Shown one piece after another: positions 24,480 to 37,599 of a stretch of DNA of 64,000 bases. The notes beneath the pieces are model-generated. The model had not been told where the DNA came from, did no database searches, and saw only the letters and a program-made list of their open reading frames with translations. The stretch is from Raillietiella orientalis (Eukaryota): the NCBI GenBank assembly GCA_036172245.1, contig JAYWIR010000044.1:1116001-1180000 (forward strand). Reading direction: 5' to 3'. Position 1 is the first letter of the stretch, and each line of letters opens with the position of its first letter. The translations under genes and the position numbers were made by a program.

Positions 24480-24850
24480 ACTATGCGCTCCGTTTCGCAT
24501 GCCAAGGTTCAGACCGAGATGGGGAGATCAAGGAGGGACCCAGCGAAGAATGGATTAGGCGCCCTGGATCAGGCAGACGGCAAGTTCGTCTCCATGACAA
24601 TCTAACCCAGCACTGGTTCACAGGGAGAAGAAGACAAGGGATCGTTTCTTGGGGTGCGACGTGATGTCTGCTGCATCCTTGTTCCTCGTACGAGCGCCCT
24701 GATGCAACGCCGTCATCTTGCCGGAGGAACGCGCAGGACACGGATGCGAAGAATCGCCCTCGGTGCGCCTTCGCAGCCCGCTCTTCCGTTCCATTTGCGC
24801 AAGGAAGGACATGTCATTCGCCACGTAGCCTTTTCTCCTCATTGGATTTC
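24480..24850 (+). mobile_element. LINE ORF1 (zinc knuckle) remnant
   Basis: WFTGRRR followed by SQPALPFHLRKEGHVIRH, resembling GQP..C..C.KEGH...C. Confidence 0.4.
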
Positions 24851-25114
24851 ACTTGATAGGATGCGATGCCTCGCGATTTTCTCACCAGGAGCAGGACCCA
24901 AAATGCTTATTCGATAGGCCGGCGTTCCAAGAGCTGAGGACCAAGGAAGTTGTCAAAAAGTCGGCTATTTTACCGATAGCCGACTTTTGAATGGGGGTTT
25001 ATGTGTTTTCGACAAGTGGATTATGAAGTGATTATGATTATTCTTCAGTTTGTCATTTTCAGGGATTTCGCTGCTTCAAAGTGGACGCTGGCCTTCTCGT
25101 CGAAGAGTTGGATG

Positions 25115-25834
25115 ATGGGCACCCTTCCTCTGTTTTCTCTGTGTCCTTTCAGCTTTTCTTTTTTTCCTTTTGGGTTTTCTTTTTTTTTGGTTCGCCAAGC
25201 GCTCAAGAACCGTTTGCCTGGATGGTGATGAAGCTCTTTAACACTGTCCATGCCACACGAGGGTGCATGCTGACTCTTCAACTTATGGGCAATCCTTAGG
25301 GACCATTCAATAAAACCAGGAAAACTCAGGAGGAAGGAGTTTTCAAGGAGGAAGGAGTACTCAAGGGAACCTCTTCCTTGCGCTCTTCTGAGGAACCGCC
25401 GGAGGGAAGGCTCCATTATTTCTTTTCCGAAGGGAATGCGGAAAGGATCCGCTCCTCGTTTTCTCCTCTGAAGACAACCCCGAAGGGACGCCTCCAGATT
25501 CATCCCCGAAGGGATGAGCGTGCTTCTTACACTCGGTAGAGGCAACCTCCGACGGGGGTATGAACCAGCCCTCTGTCACGCGATGGACGGCTTTATTCTA
25601 CAACCGGAAGGAAATCCCGAAAGACTCCCTGATTCCTGGAAGGATCCCAGAGGGTCCGCTTCCAATCTCGGCCAGTAAGCAGGGGCATCAGGCTTACAGT
25701 GGAAGCTTCTCACCTCAGGGGGACTCAAAACTGACAACTTCTCCATTCTCTACGTCGACCCTTCCCCGGGTGGGGATTGAACCCGCAGCGTTCGATGCCA
25801 CGCGCAAAGACCGCAGCCACACGACCGCCAACGC
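25115..25834 (-). mobile_element. SINE-like copy, near full-length with one array unit missing
   Basis: Degenerate reverse B-box at ~25773-25784, array, tail and T-tract ~25180-25188. Confidence 0.85.
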
Positions 25835-26364
25835 TTCTCATCACGCGCACGCGTGTAGTCTGTGGAGTGTCTGTCCCCGCGTTCAAGGTGTCCTACATGC
25901 CTGCCACGCAGTTGCGGATGTCCAGGAAAATCCCTGCTTTTCCGTGCACCAGTTGCGAAACAGATGCTCTTCAATCATCGCGGGTTGCACCTTCATCTCT
26001 GAAGGAAGAGGCCCGGCTTGGCCCCAACGAAGGAGGCGATCCACGCACGTGTGCGGCAGCCGCAGGGGGAGAAGAAGAAAAGAGGAGTGATGTCAGCCAC
26101 TGGATGTTCTTGAAAAACTGCGTCCTGGGAGAAGTTCGGGGCAGCGGCAGGAGTGCAGGTGCATCCACGAGGGGAAGCATCCGAAAAACTAGGTCGAAGA
26201 CCGTCACAAGAACATCGTTCCATCCTACTACGCCAGGGGACCAGCCGATCAGCCGACCTAGGGCTATGGTTGAGATCTGATCCCTCCGCACTTGCTGACT
26301 CTTTGAAGGCCACACTAGGCGCGCTTCTGAGGAGGCGCAAGACAAAAAGAAAAGGCAGCCACCT

Positions 26365-26677
26365 ATCGCGTGCTGGTTGATACCTCCTCGGGTGTCGGCT
26401 CTCAGAGTGCTAAAAAGCGGTCTGCTCCCTTCGGGGAGCGCCCCTTCGAAACTCTCTCTTCGGAAGAGGAAACAAGAAGAGGATCCTTTGCAGGTTCCCT
26501 CCAGAGAAGAAATTTCAGGAGTGACTCCCTCCGTGGAGTGTCTCCGGAGAGAATAAGGAAGAGCTGGTTCCCTTCGGAGTTCTTCAACCAAGCGTAAGAG
26601 GAACAGACTTCTTTCTCCATGGTTTTTCTGAATTCATAGAGTGGTCCCTAACTTGAAGAGTAACACTCTCGGGTGGC
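26365..26677 (+). mobile_element. SINE-like copy, headless
   Basis: GCTCCCTTCGGGGAGC at 26424-26439, array and TTGAAGAGTAACACTCTCGGGTGG tail. Confidence 0.85.
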
Positions 26678-27149
26678 TGTTTGTCAGAAAGGATTCTTTC
26701 CTGCCGTTTCTCACCTTCCCCCACAAAGGAATGCTGTGCCGCGAGTTCCACTGGAGAGACAGAAGGAAGCCCCAGTAGCAGATCTGGACCAACACGGGCA
26801 GCATCCTTGCAGCTCGAGTTTGCCGAATCGTCATCTTTAGTAGAACCGCAGTATGCACGTTTCCGTGTCCCGAAAAGAAAGCCGCGTCAAACACGCGTTC
26901 TGTAGGTTTTGAGTGGCAAATGTGGAAGATCTTCTATCGCCCTGACTGCAAGGTAAAGCTTTCTAGGAAAAGATGGATGACTGTAAGGGTTTCTTACTGG
27001 GCAAGTGAGATATCAAAGAACTCCAGCCTAAAGCTTCTCTTCGAGAAAGAGATCGTTCCATATCCTCCTTCAACCTAAGCACGAGAGCTTCTTAGTCTTT
27101 TCCTGAAGACAGAGTCCTCAGTTGTCCCGGTGCCAAATCTGCTGAACAT

Positions 27150-29300
27150 TCGATGGAGTGAGCCGTTGCCGCTTGTTTGGACTCCTTGGACGGTGTGGAC
27201 TGGTTTCCGCATTTGCTGCTGCCCGTGTTGGTCTCGATCTGCTGTCTCGGCTTCCCTCTATCGTTCCACGGACTGGCCGCATGGTCTTGCATCCTTTTCT
27301 CACGAGATGTCACTCTATCCGTTCCCTCCCACTCGCTGCGCTGGGTGATCCCTCGCAGGAGTGGGAACGCATGAGTCCGGCTCTGGTTAATGGGGAGCAT
27401 GTCCTAGGACTGTTCCAGGCGCGCGGGAAACGGGAAACCTTCCCGCACCTGTTGCGACTCGATGTCTCCTGCAGCTTCCCTTGCAGCCCTGTGCTGCCCT
27501 CGCGGGATTGCGGCGGCCGGAATCCGCTCCAAAAGAGACCAGTCGAAGGGAGGGGTCAAGGCAGTCGTCTGCTACTTGATGAGGAAGGCGACAAAATGGC
27601 CACATCCCTACTAAGCCACATCCTCCGGAGGGTGCTGAGGACTCCAAGAACAAGTCTGCAATCCCTCCCCCTCCCTCTCCAGCACATTTCAAGGGTTTGG
27701 GTGTTTTCTTGTTTTCGTTTACTCTTTCACCCACTTCCCTTGTGCGTACCTCATCAAGCAAGCTGCCCACGAGAAGCAGCGCCTCCGAGACACTTAACTT
27801 CGTGGTGTTGTGAATTTCCTGATACCTTAATGCACAGAGGGGAAATTTAATGCTTACCCCGCGGCTTATTGTTTGGGTCGCTTACTGAGAGAAGAAGTAA
27901 GGTGGTTTATGCAAAGCACCACCGCTCTTACTGAGTCCTCATTATTGCTGAAACTTCCTAGACCTACACAGAATCTTCATTTCCTTTTTTGTTCCGGTTA
28001 CGAAAGTAGCCTATTTCTGCTGGAATGGGCACATCAAATCAACGCTAGAGAGAAACCTAAAAATCGGGCATAAGATGACAGCAAAGATGGGAGGATGGCT
28101 GATGTTTTGCAAACTGGGAAGACTAACTGCATGGGTCATTGTGTTTTCTTAGCGTTGGTTAATAGTTTGGCATATGATTTCTCTGGAGATCGTCCTGAAC
28201 TGACTTCAGGGTATGTGTGTGTGTGGGGGGGGGGCATTGGTGTAGGGTGCTTGCCCTTTTGGTTTTGTCGGAATGTGGGTTTGTTGCTTGTCAGAGGTTC
28301 TCAACGATTGTGGGATGGAAGAGTTTCCTAGTGGCGTACATAATTATGCAACGACGAAGGCGGTGCCTCGATACCGGCATGATAATTCGATGCAGATGTG
28401 CCTTGGGATTCTGTCTCGTAGATTTCGTTTGCTGTTGTGGGGTGGAAGACTTCTAATGACAGGGAAGGATACGCTTGTGTGAGATTCAAAATCATACAGC
28501 AGTGGTTTCAAAGCAAACGCTCTTCTGTGCATTTGCAGAAAAAAACTTGCTCAAAGTTGCGTAGCAACTGACTGGATCCAATGGCCGGGATAGGCAAATG
28601 CTGGCTAGAAGTAGTACAACCTAGTAGTAGACTTCCGGCGTGGCAGCATACTCTAAGTTCGAGGTATTTGAACCTGTAATGAGCACTCTGGGTTCCGAGA
28701 GATGATGAAGCATACCTGGCCAGAGAGAAGCCAGAGAAAACTTGGGCAGAGGTCCACAGCAAGTCTTAGGTGCGAAGGATCTGCAGGACATTGGGTGTGG
28801 GGGAGAAAGACGAAACCAGTAGCTCATTCCCTCTAAGATTCCCTTGGAATAGTACGCGCCCTTCGAAGAGAGAAAAGAATGGAATCTCATTCGGTGAAGC
28901 GAAGGACCAAGGGTCATCAGACAATGACCTGGATTTACTCTCGGACCTCAGATGAATAGAGAGTCCGACTCACTTGAACTCTGGAGATGGACTGATCGTC
29001 CTCCCAGTTTCGGTGACCAGCACCGGTCTGAAACCTAACGTTTCGGTGACTTCCACGATCACCGAGACGTTGGGTTGTAACTCTCAACACGATGCTCATC
29101 GAGAAGCCCATAAAGGGTGTTGTTGGTTGCCCTGGGCACGAAGACGGTGACCGTGGAAGTCGGAATCCGCTAAGGAATGCCGGCAATGACTCACTTGTCG
29201 TAGCAACATAAGATCCCCAAGGATCTCAGCATGAGCTCGTAGGCGGAGCGGATCCCCTCTCTACAGTGATGCCTTTCCAGAGGTCACTTGGCAGCAGCCA
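27150..29300 (+). mobile_element. Decayed Ty3/Gypsy pol (RT-RNase H-integrase order)
   Basis: ETFPHL, LLLDEEGDKMAT, RLLREEVRW..KLPRP..HFLF, LALVNSLAYDFSGDRPELTS, YLAREK and FPW occur in Gypsy order, with many stops. Confidence 0.55.
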
Positions 29301-29399
29301 GACGTCGAGCTGCAAGTCTGCTGCGAGATAGAGGGAAAACACAAGTTGATGAGCGGAGGCACCACGGGGCAGCTGGCGAATGCTGCCAACTCAAGTGCC

Positions 29400-30100
29400 G
29401 CCTTCCCACGAGGACTTGAACGCTGGGGCGAGCTGCTCGGTATTCTTAGCGAGAACCTAGAGTGACTCCCAGTGCTCAAGAACAGCAGCGTCCTCTCCTT
29501 GAAGTAAAAACACTTCTGCTGTTGCACTGGGGTCTTCCCCGCCACGCACGCCGACACCACTGGACGCTGGGGAGGATGAGCCCAAATTGCCTCAGATACA
29601 GGGAATGGAAGTCCTTGCCCGTACCTGCTCGTGGACTGTGTTGCCCTCCGGCCCCTATGGGGAATGTTTCAGAACGACCCTCCGTATCCTGGATGGCCCC
29701 TCACCCGAGGGACGCTTTGCCACTCCCCTTTGTGTGGGACGCCTTGCAGACCGCCGCAGCCGCAGCAGAGTTTTGCTGCATCTGCGGCATTGCGGCGTCC
29801 TGCAGCGAAGTCGACAGAAGAAGAAACGAGAGGGACGCCGCCATCCAACTTGCAGCCCTTCTCCGAAATTTTTTCAGGCTGCCTTTCTGCAAATAGCGGC
29901 CAGACGGCCCCACCTGGAACCCATGCGAACGGACCTAGCCGGCAGCCTGGAAAGGATGCAGACTTCCTCCAGTGAACAGTGATTCCTTCCCGACCCTTCC
30001 GAAGATTTTTATGAGCTTTCATTTATTCATTTTATTTCTACTTTTCTTTTTGTATTCTCTCATCCCCCTCCGCTGCCGAGGTTTGCGCACCGGCGACCCG
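29400..30100 (+). mobile_element. Decayed L1/Tx1-like ORF2 3' fragment with 3' UTR
   Basis: WMAPHPRDALPL...FCCICG; followed by the TTCATTTATTCATTT tail. Confidence 0.45.
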
Positions 30101-30249
30101 ACAAGTCCATGGACAAACGGAGTGTGGTAGGAGCACGTGTTCTACCACAACATATGAGTTTATTTTAAATTTCAAGGTGCGCTCAGAAGGGCGCGGTCTC
30201 GCCTGGAGCCGCCGTGGGAACCTGGATCTTGGTGATGCTAACGAACACT

Positions 30250-32300
30250 CCAATGAGACCCTGGAGGTCTGGTGCGGGAAGGATTCGGCGCGAATGGCCT
30301 TTGGGCATCGTCCGGTCCATCTCAAGTTTCCGGACGATGGATGCTGGGTGTTGTGAATGAGTAAATCGTGTTTCCGGGAGAGAAAACCCGAAGTGGCGCT
30401 TCAGCAGATCCCGAGAGCATGACCTTCTTGAAAAAGCCGCGACGAACACGTCGATCTGAAGGCGACATGCATTTTTGCGCGGAGGATAAAGGCGAACCAG
30501 CATGGTCCTCTAGCGCGATTTCAGAGCACGGGCCTGGATACGGAAATCGCGGGAAACTCATGTATAAAAGGGTCTTTTGATATTCAGCACGCAGAGCCGC
30601 CGATGGACGCAGGACGCCCTCTTGGAAGCCGGAATGCTCATCACATTTGGGGAGTTTTCGGGATCCGTGCCTGCATGTAGTGGCCACTTATCATCGCCGA
30701 AGAGTTGTTGGCGAAGTTCTGCACGTAGTGTCAGAAGGTTTCCAGGAGGATCGGCAGTGGGAAAATATTAAGCTGCAGCTTTTGAAATCCTGAGGATTAC
30801 GCTCCATGATTTATACTTGGAAGTGTTGTCAGAGACTTCATGGTGCGATGGTTTCAATCACCTCGCTGCCGTTGGCAACGTTCTTCCGTCTAGAAAGAAG
30901 TTCCTACGGTACCGAGAATAATGTGTCATGATTATTGAGTTTTAAATTGAAACTTTGAATTCTTCTCAGCAGATTGGGATTTGAACCACAGCAGAAGCAT
31001 AAATCTGAGATCACACACTGAGCATCACTTCCGGAAAACTTCCCGAAGTCGCGGTGATGCCTTCCATTGTAAGAAAATGGAACCAAGAGGTTCTTGCGTG
31101 GGAAAAAATACGGCGAAAGGAAGCCAAGGTTCCTCAAATTTCCAGGAACAAAAACCTTTCGCTCCGAATTTGCTCAACATGGAGTGGGTGCTTTTCCGTA
31201 ATGAGTATCGACCTTCTTCCTCATCGGTTTGGTTACTGTAGAGGATGCTGCAAAGCGCTATCCACACCCACACTAGGAAGAACAAAGTTGCCTCCCTGCA
31301 TTTCCGAAGAAAGGAGACGTTGCTTGGCTGCCGTTACCGAGCAGGCTTCCCGGACGCCTTTCCGATCCCGTCTTTGCGGTTCTAACATGCCTCCCATTCC
31401 ACACATCACCAGTAGGTAGCTGAGCAGCCGAACAGTCACAGAGAACGGAACACAGAGACGCTCTATGGTGTGCCGTCGCACGAGGGATTCCTTTTCCTCC
31501 TGACTGGCCAAAGCAAGGAAAACGTGAAGATGTACTCCTTGAAAAGGGATTCGGGTTCCTTGGCAGCAGGGACCCTATTCGTGCCTGGGGCGAGGGGCAT
31601 TTTCTCGGCCGTCGTCGACGACCACTCCCTGCTGCTGATCGCATCCGGAAGAACCAGAGCGGAAGGCAGGGGACCACACCAGCTACTTTGTGAATATTTT
31701 TAAATCAAAGCTCCGTGGTAAATCTATTAAATGATGAGGCCCTCGATCGATACGTGGATGTCATCGATGATCTCTTTTCTTCCCGATCCACCGGTTTGCG
31801 TAGGAGTCAGCAGCTGTCCGACGATCGGTTCCTTTCCTTGGTGCTGAGATCCCTCTGGGACTGGACAAAGAGACAACGCAATGGAAAAAATTTAGGCCTG
31901 GCTTGTGTAACAAGAGGAAGGTGAACCACAATCTCGGAGCGTATGTAATTAGAGGTCACGTTTGCAATACGCGACCTTTCCAACAAGAGTGCATCGTGCG
32001 GTTTCCAGACAAGAGCCCATCCGCATTCCAAGAAAAGAGAGAACGCTCCATCTTTTCTCAGTTTTTATTTCTTCGTCGAAGTGAATGGAACTTCAGGATC
32101 GATATCCGTGCAACTTCGCTCACGGGATGCAAATGCAGAGATACCGCACATCCAGAGGCAACCACCGTAGCTGCAGAAGCATCGATCGAAACCATCTCTT
32201 CCGTTCCCGTTCCCCAGCTCACGATCTCGTGGCTCCTGCCTGCCACTCAGGGAACTTAGCTGACTAGAAGTGCACTACATCTCTTTCCAGATGGCTCTAT
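30250..32300 (+). mobile_element. Decayed hAT transposase (TTF-zinc finger/ZMYM1-like)
   Basis: RSEGDMHFC, FSTQSRRWTQDALL..GML, QISRNKNLSLRI (DIS.KEQLS..IR-like) and ALDRYVDVIDDL..GL...F occur in order. Confidence 0.45.
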
Positions 32301-32329
32301 CTACCTTCCGACCTTCCTTCTTCTGCAGT

Positions 32330-34350
32330 GCAATGATTACTGAATCTGCCAGAATAACTTATGACCCGCCAGCAGCAGAATCATCCATCCGCGATTTTAT
32401 CGATCTCTCATTTGCCTTAGATACCAATAAATGCTGCTAGCAGCTCCCCCTCCAGCCAGCCACCACGAACGATAAATTCCTTAGTGCCGGCTTTCATCTT
32501 CATCAGCCACATTATAAATTCCTAAACGATGCGTGCGGAACGCTTGCCCCTCATCTAGATGACTCCAGGAGGATCCTCACAATGTAAAGATCCAATGGAG
32601 TGGCTGATGATGATTCAAACGCGCGGGGGCGGTGGGAGTGGCATCTCGTTTAGGGCTGAAGCGATGATGCCAATAGAGTCATCGGAATTTGGACACTTTC
32701 CCGCCGAACGCGAACTAAAGACTCCCAGTGGTTTGCATGCGCTCTTGAAGGAGAGCGGAAAGGCCGAGAGAGACCGCCTCTCCCAGCATACACGTAACCA
32801 CAGCTTCCGTCGATGCGAGTCTCTCCTTGGCTGGACACGGGGGTCCTACAAAGAGAGTTCTGTGCTTGGTCTCATACCCCAGTTTCGCGCCGCACAGCCA
32901 CTGTTCCTGAGTGGCGACATGATAAGGAATGACCGACACCTCTCTCTGAAAGTCCAAGATAGCGGTCTCTTGAATCCAGATGTGACGATTGAAGTCCGGC
33001 ATGGAAGAGTCGGTGAGAGCAGCTTTTCAGAATTCGGCAGCATGCTGGAGGGGACGGGAGACGTGCCGCCCAAGCAACTCTTACGACAACCACTTAACAC
33101 AGCTGCTGCCGATATCATTGCGTTTGTGAACCATGCTAATCAGTGTTACCAGGTGTGATGTCGTGTCTGTGACGTTGTCCCAACAGCATTACATTTTCAA
33201 GTCTGGCAGTGGAAAGCTCTTTAAGGATCCAGGTGAAGATCAGGAAAACATCACGAAAGGAGACAAGAATGAGAAGAGGAAGAGCAAAGTCTCGAGTTAT
33301 GCAATCTACATCGCTGTGGAAGGTGCGTCTGGACATCTTCGCAAGAGACATCTTCGAGGGCATCGCAAGACACGCGTGACCACCAATCAGTCTCCGAATG
33401 GTACGCACAGCAGCGCGTCCGCTGCTTTCTGAGGGACTGACTGAGCACGCCGTTCCGCAAAACGCGAAAGAGCTGACGAGGAAATGCACCGGCAGCAGTG
33501 CATCTGACTCCGCCTCATCTTTCTTGTCCGTGCGAATGGCAACATTTGCCACGAGTTGCTGATGTTGCGATACCTGTGGTGTACCCATGACGACTCAAGG
33601 CCAACAATTTGGCTGCCTCTGTGGTGTCTGTGCTCTTGAGGATGGCTTGCGAAAATCGTAGACTTGAGCTGAGGAGCACCACGATGCCCACAAATGATTT
33701 TGCAGCAACTAGACTGCTGCAGAACACCATCCGAATTTGCTCTGCAATTTCAAGGTCATTTTCTTCCTGAACAGTGGATTTGAGGAACTGTTGGATTCTG
33801 CCATTGGTGGATCTGACTCTTCTAAAACTTGAAATCGAATTCATATCAAGTGAAAAGAGCGTCGAAAGGTCAAGTGAGAAAGACCTAGGCGGTCATGGGT
33901 TTCTCTGCCTTCCTGAACCCGCCCAAATGGAAACAACCATCGCACCTCGAAGATTCCGGCCTAGACGACGGCAGTCCGATTCTTGGAGATGGACCGACAT
34001 CCCGAGTTTGCTGTGACCTTCGCGCGTGGTTTTCATCCTTCCGGGTTATCAGAAGAACTAGTGCAAGTGCTGGGAAAGAAAAAAGAGGCTGCCACGCGTG
34101 GTGCCTCGTGCTCGAGGAGTGACGCCAAGCTTTTGAACACTCGAGAAGCCGCTCTTTCACCACTTCGAGCGGTGTTTTTCTTCATGGCCGTCCACGACGC
34201 GAAGGATCTTTCCCACTTGCGGAGGAAGCGGAGAGCTCTTGGTTCACATCCGCCGTCCACAGCCTCCAAGTCCCAGCAAACGCTCTCGCGCGCGTCCTGT
34301 CCCCAAAGGGCAAACATCCACAAATTCGTGTTGAGGATGAAAAGAGAACG
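32330..34350 (-). mobile_element. Decayed hAT transposase
   Basis: RFLRKWERSFASW, VAIRTDKKDEAESDALL (I.LDE.TD-like), HACLA, VKWLS (RWLS motif, ~33095) and K...KSRMDD dimerisation-like end. Confidence 0.55.
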
Positions 34351-36900
34351 AAAAGAGCCGAGGGTGTGATAAAATTTACTTTGGTTACTCATCAGGACTT
34401 TCTAGGTCGGGATTTGGACTGGTCACGTGCTGGTCCCATCCTGCAGCGCGAGGCATTCGGCTTTGGGCATGGGCACACGCTGCCTGCGCAGGGTGTTGGT
34501 GCACTGACAGCTTCCATGGGAACACCTGTCGTGAATGGGCGGCACCTAGACGGCGTCTCGAGCCCAGAATGGACCTGCCAGATCCAGACACTTGAAGGCC
34601 GGCTGAACACACATTTCATCTGCTCCTTTTGCTTAGCAAACAGTTAATTAAGGGGGCAAAGAAACACAGCAGAACGGTCGATTTGCTGACGAACTTGTCG
34701 GGAGCTGAGTCGGTGTACTTCATGGCTGCTTGGTTTTCGCCTGGAAAGAACAGGAAAAATCTCAGCGAGGATGCAACCTCCTGGCAAGCACTTTACGCCT
34801 GAAGATTCCCCAACTCAAAAACATTGCGAGAATAAGTGCTCTGCGTTCATCAGTGGCTTGAGGGTTTCTTTCCCGCCTGCGAGGAGTAAAAAGACACTCG
34901 AGCGGTTTTTAATCTGTGCGAGGATGCCACGTGCTCGCGGAGAACGATGGACCTTTCGCACCAGGCAAGAGAACAGCACGGCTTCTCCACGCCCACCCAT
35001 GCTCTTTGCGGCTGCCATCAACTGGCGCTCACGATCCCCGAAGGCATGGGCTGCCGCTCTGCTCTTTGTTTTCCTTCACTAGGTGAAAATTTCACAAAGG
35101 ACTCTCTTCTAAAGCTGCAGATTTTCTTGTGGGCACGCAAAGGGTTTCTGAGGCATCTGCAACTCTTCAAAAGAGAAAGGAAGATGGCTCATCCCTCGTT
35201 GCCTAAGTTGAGAGCAAGACAAATCTCCTGGGAGTTCCTGTTGCTGTTTCCTGAAGCCTGCTGTCTTCGGCGCAGAGAATCAACGTTCCAGCTGCCGGGA
35301 TGAACCGCGACGTTACAATTACATAATCTTTCTCATCCGTAAACTAAGAGAGAATGCCGTTTTCTCACGCATCGCAACGGTTAACCGGAAAAAGGTTTCT
35401 CATCAGCGTTCGAGCTGCGTGATGGTTTTGGACTCAAGGAGACGCTCGATTCGATATCTTCTGAAGACACCGCAGGTCAGAAGAATCGCTGGCAGTGAAT
35501 CCTAAATAGTCTTTATCGAGAACTATCTGTCTACTGCATCGAATTCATTGATCTCGTCATTGTCTGCTTCCATCGTGAGTCCTGCCTTGCCTGCCTGGCG
35601 ACGCGCTCTGCTGCTCTTCTCAGCAACCGGTTCTACACCCAGGCAGCTTGCTTTATGTTTCGAGGCGAGCACAAGCAATCGTTCCGTGTCCCAGGTAACG
35701 CTTCCGGGAAGGCTCCATTTAAAACACGCTGCATCCTCCAGCAGTTCATCGTTTCTTGACAGCGCCCTTCTGCAGATTCCTCGGAGAGCATCTAGGTGTA
35801 CACAGAGCTCCTGTTTTTGGGCTTATTCTTTTGACTATGGTGGCTCCCATACGTTTCATCTCAGTGGTCTGGAACCAAGCATTCATCTCCAAGGCGAAAA
35901 ATTCCGTTTTCTGACTCATGTTTTCCCGAATCCTCATTCTTGAGGACCCCAAAGGACAGTTCATGGAAGAAGGTTTTGGAAAGTGGGAACATGGAAGGCA
36001 TTCTTCCATCCTCGTCCGCAACGCATAATGACTCACAGCTTCCTAATGAGTGATGCTTTCCCTGCTGTTCTCTCCATCTGCTGGCCTTCCCCGCAAGTGG
36101 GAACGCGGATGTCCACTGCTAGCACCAGAAACCAACTACTGAGCATCTCGCGCCGTCAGGGGAAACGGGCTGCTGGATTCTCGCCAGCACCGCCTACCAG
36201 CAGATGATCGGCCAACGGTCCCAAAACAGTAGTTCTTGCTCCAGCGGCCGTTAATTTGAGATAGGCAAATCGCTCGGCAAAGATTTTCGGTGGTCATGCA
36301 ATGAGGGAATTTCCTTGAAGGGAGAAGCTATTCATTGGAAAAAATCTTGCGTTCATGATCGGTCCTAGGAGGTGGCTGCCTGGAAGGTATGCAAGCTCCG
36401 CGACAGCATAACACACAAGGAAAATGTTCTCGATGGAAAATTGCCGAATACTTCGAAAGTGCATGCACTCCTGTCTCTCTTACTTCCCAGTGGATTTCAA
36501 CATGATTTCACAAACGCGTCAGAGGATAAACAAAAAGAACCCAAAGTCCACAGATTTTCACGTGCACGATCGTGTTGATAAACCAAGAGTGAGAATCACT
36601 GTGCGAAACGCAAAAAAGGAATAGGGGCTGCTAGCGGCCATTTTGGCTATCACGAGAACTATGACTGGCTCGCCGAGAAGCTTTGGAGAGGTTTCAGACC
36701 TTCTTGTAGACTCTTGAGTCAACAAAGAGCGATCCACAAGAAAAACAGCAAAAGGTGCCAGAGATAAATAGGAGCAAATCTCTTAACGCGCTCACTTAAT
36801 CTTCGTCTACGAACTTCAGGTGCTAACCGAGTCTTCATGGAAGCTTCTCGGGTCATCTCTGCGATAACTCAACGAAACTGGCTTGGAATCTCTCCTTGTT

Positions 36901-37037
36901 TTACTCATTCTGAAGTGAATGAAATAGGAGAATCACTGCTGCAACAGTGAATAGAATGTCGGCCCAGCGGCACGCCTGAAGGATCATTCGACAGGCGGAT
37001 CCATCGGTAGATGTGTGTCGCTGCGGTGCAGCGATTC
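36901..37037 (-). CDS. dpr: Probable last coding exon of the Dpr-family gene (linker plus hydrophobic GPI/TM-like tail)
   Basis: Frame GIAAPQRHTSTDGSACRMILQACRWADILFTVAAVILLFHSLQNE* resembles Dpr C-termini (AAMQ-like linker, then hydrophobic end). A phase-1 join needs a GAG acceptor at 37040-37038. Confidence 0.6.
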
Positions 37038-37599
37038 CTCGAGCGGACCGAAGAGTAAGCATGGAGCACTGCAAGGATTGCCACACTGCCCCACTCTCCT
37101 CGTGACATTCGCGTGCAGAAGTCATACAGATGACTAACCCACCGAATCCCAGTCACATCATGAGCGCCCCAACCTTTTCAAACAGGCGGCAGCTGACTTT
37201 CAAGTCTCACTGAGATGATGGAGTCGTATCGCGCATCTTTCATCTCGGACAATGAAAGACAGCGGTAATATTTTCATTCGCAATGAATGTCAGCTTCCTT
37301 CACACCGGATGTCATCTCGAGTGTCACGCTTCCTCATCAGGCATCCATAAGTATTCTTCGCATCAGGTGAAAACAAGGGAAATATTACTCATGGGAAATT
37401 AAAGGATTGCTCTGCATTCTGATACTTGAGAGTCCTCCCAATCCTTTTGTCATTCCGGCAACGTTCTTATCGACGGCTATCCCGGAACAGTCATTCACGC
37501 ACGCTCTCTCGTCTCTGCCTGGAGCTGTGTGTGCGTGCGCGTATTCTTTTTCGGCCCCGTGTCTTCGGTCGACCGCCATTCAAGTCGGCGCAAGGTCCG

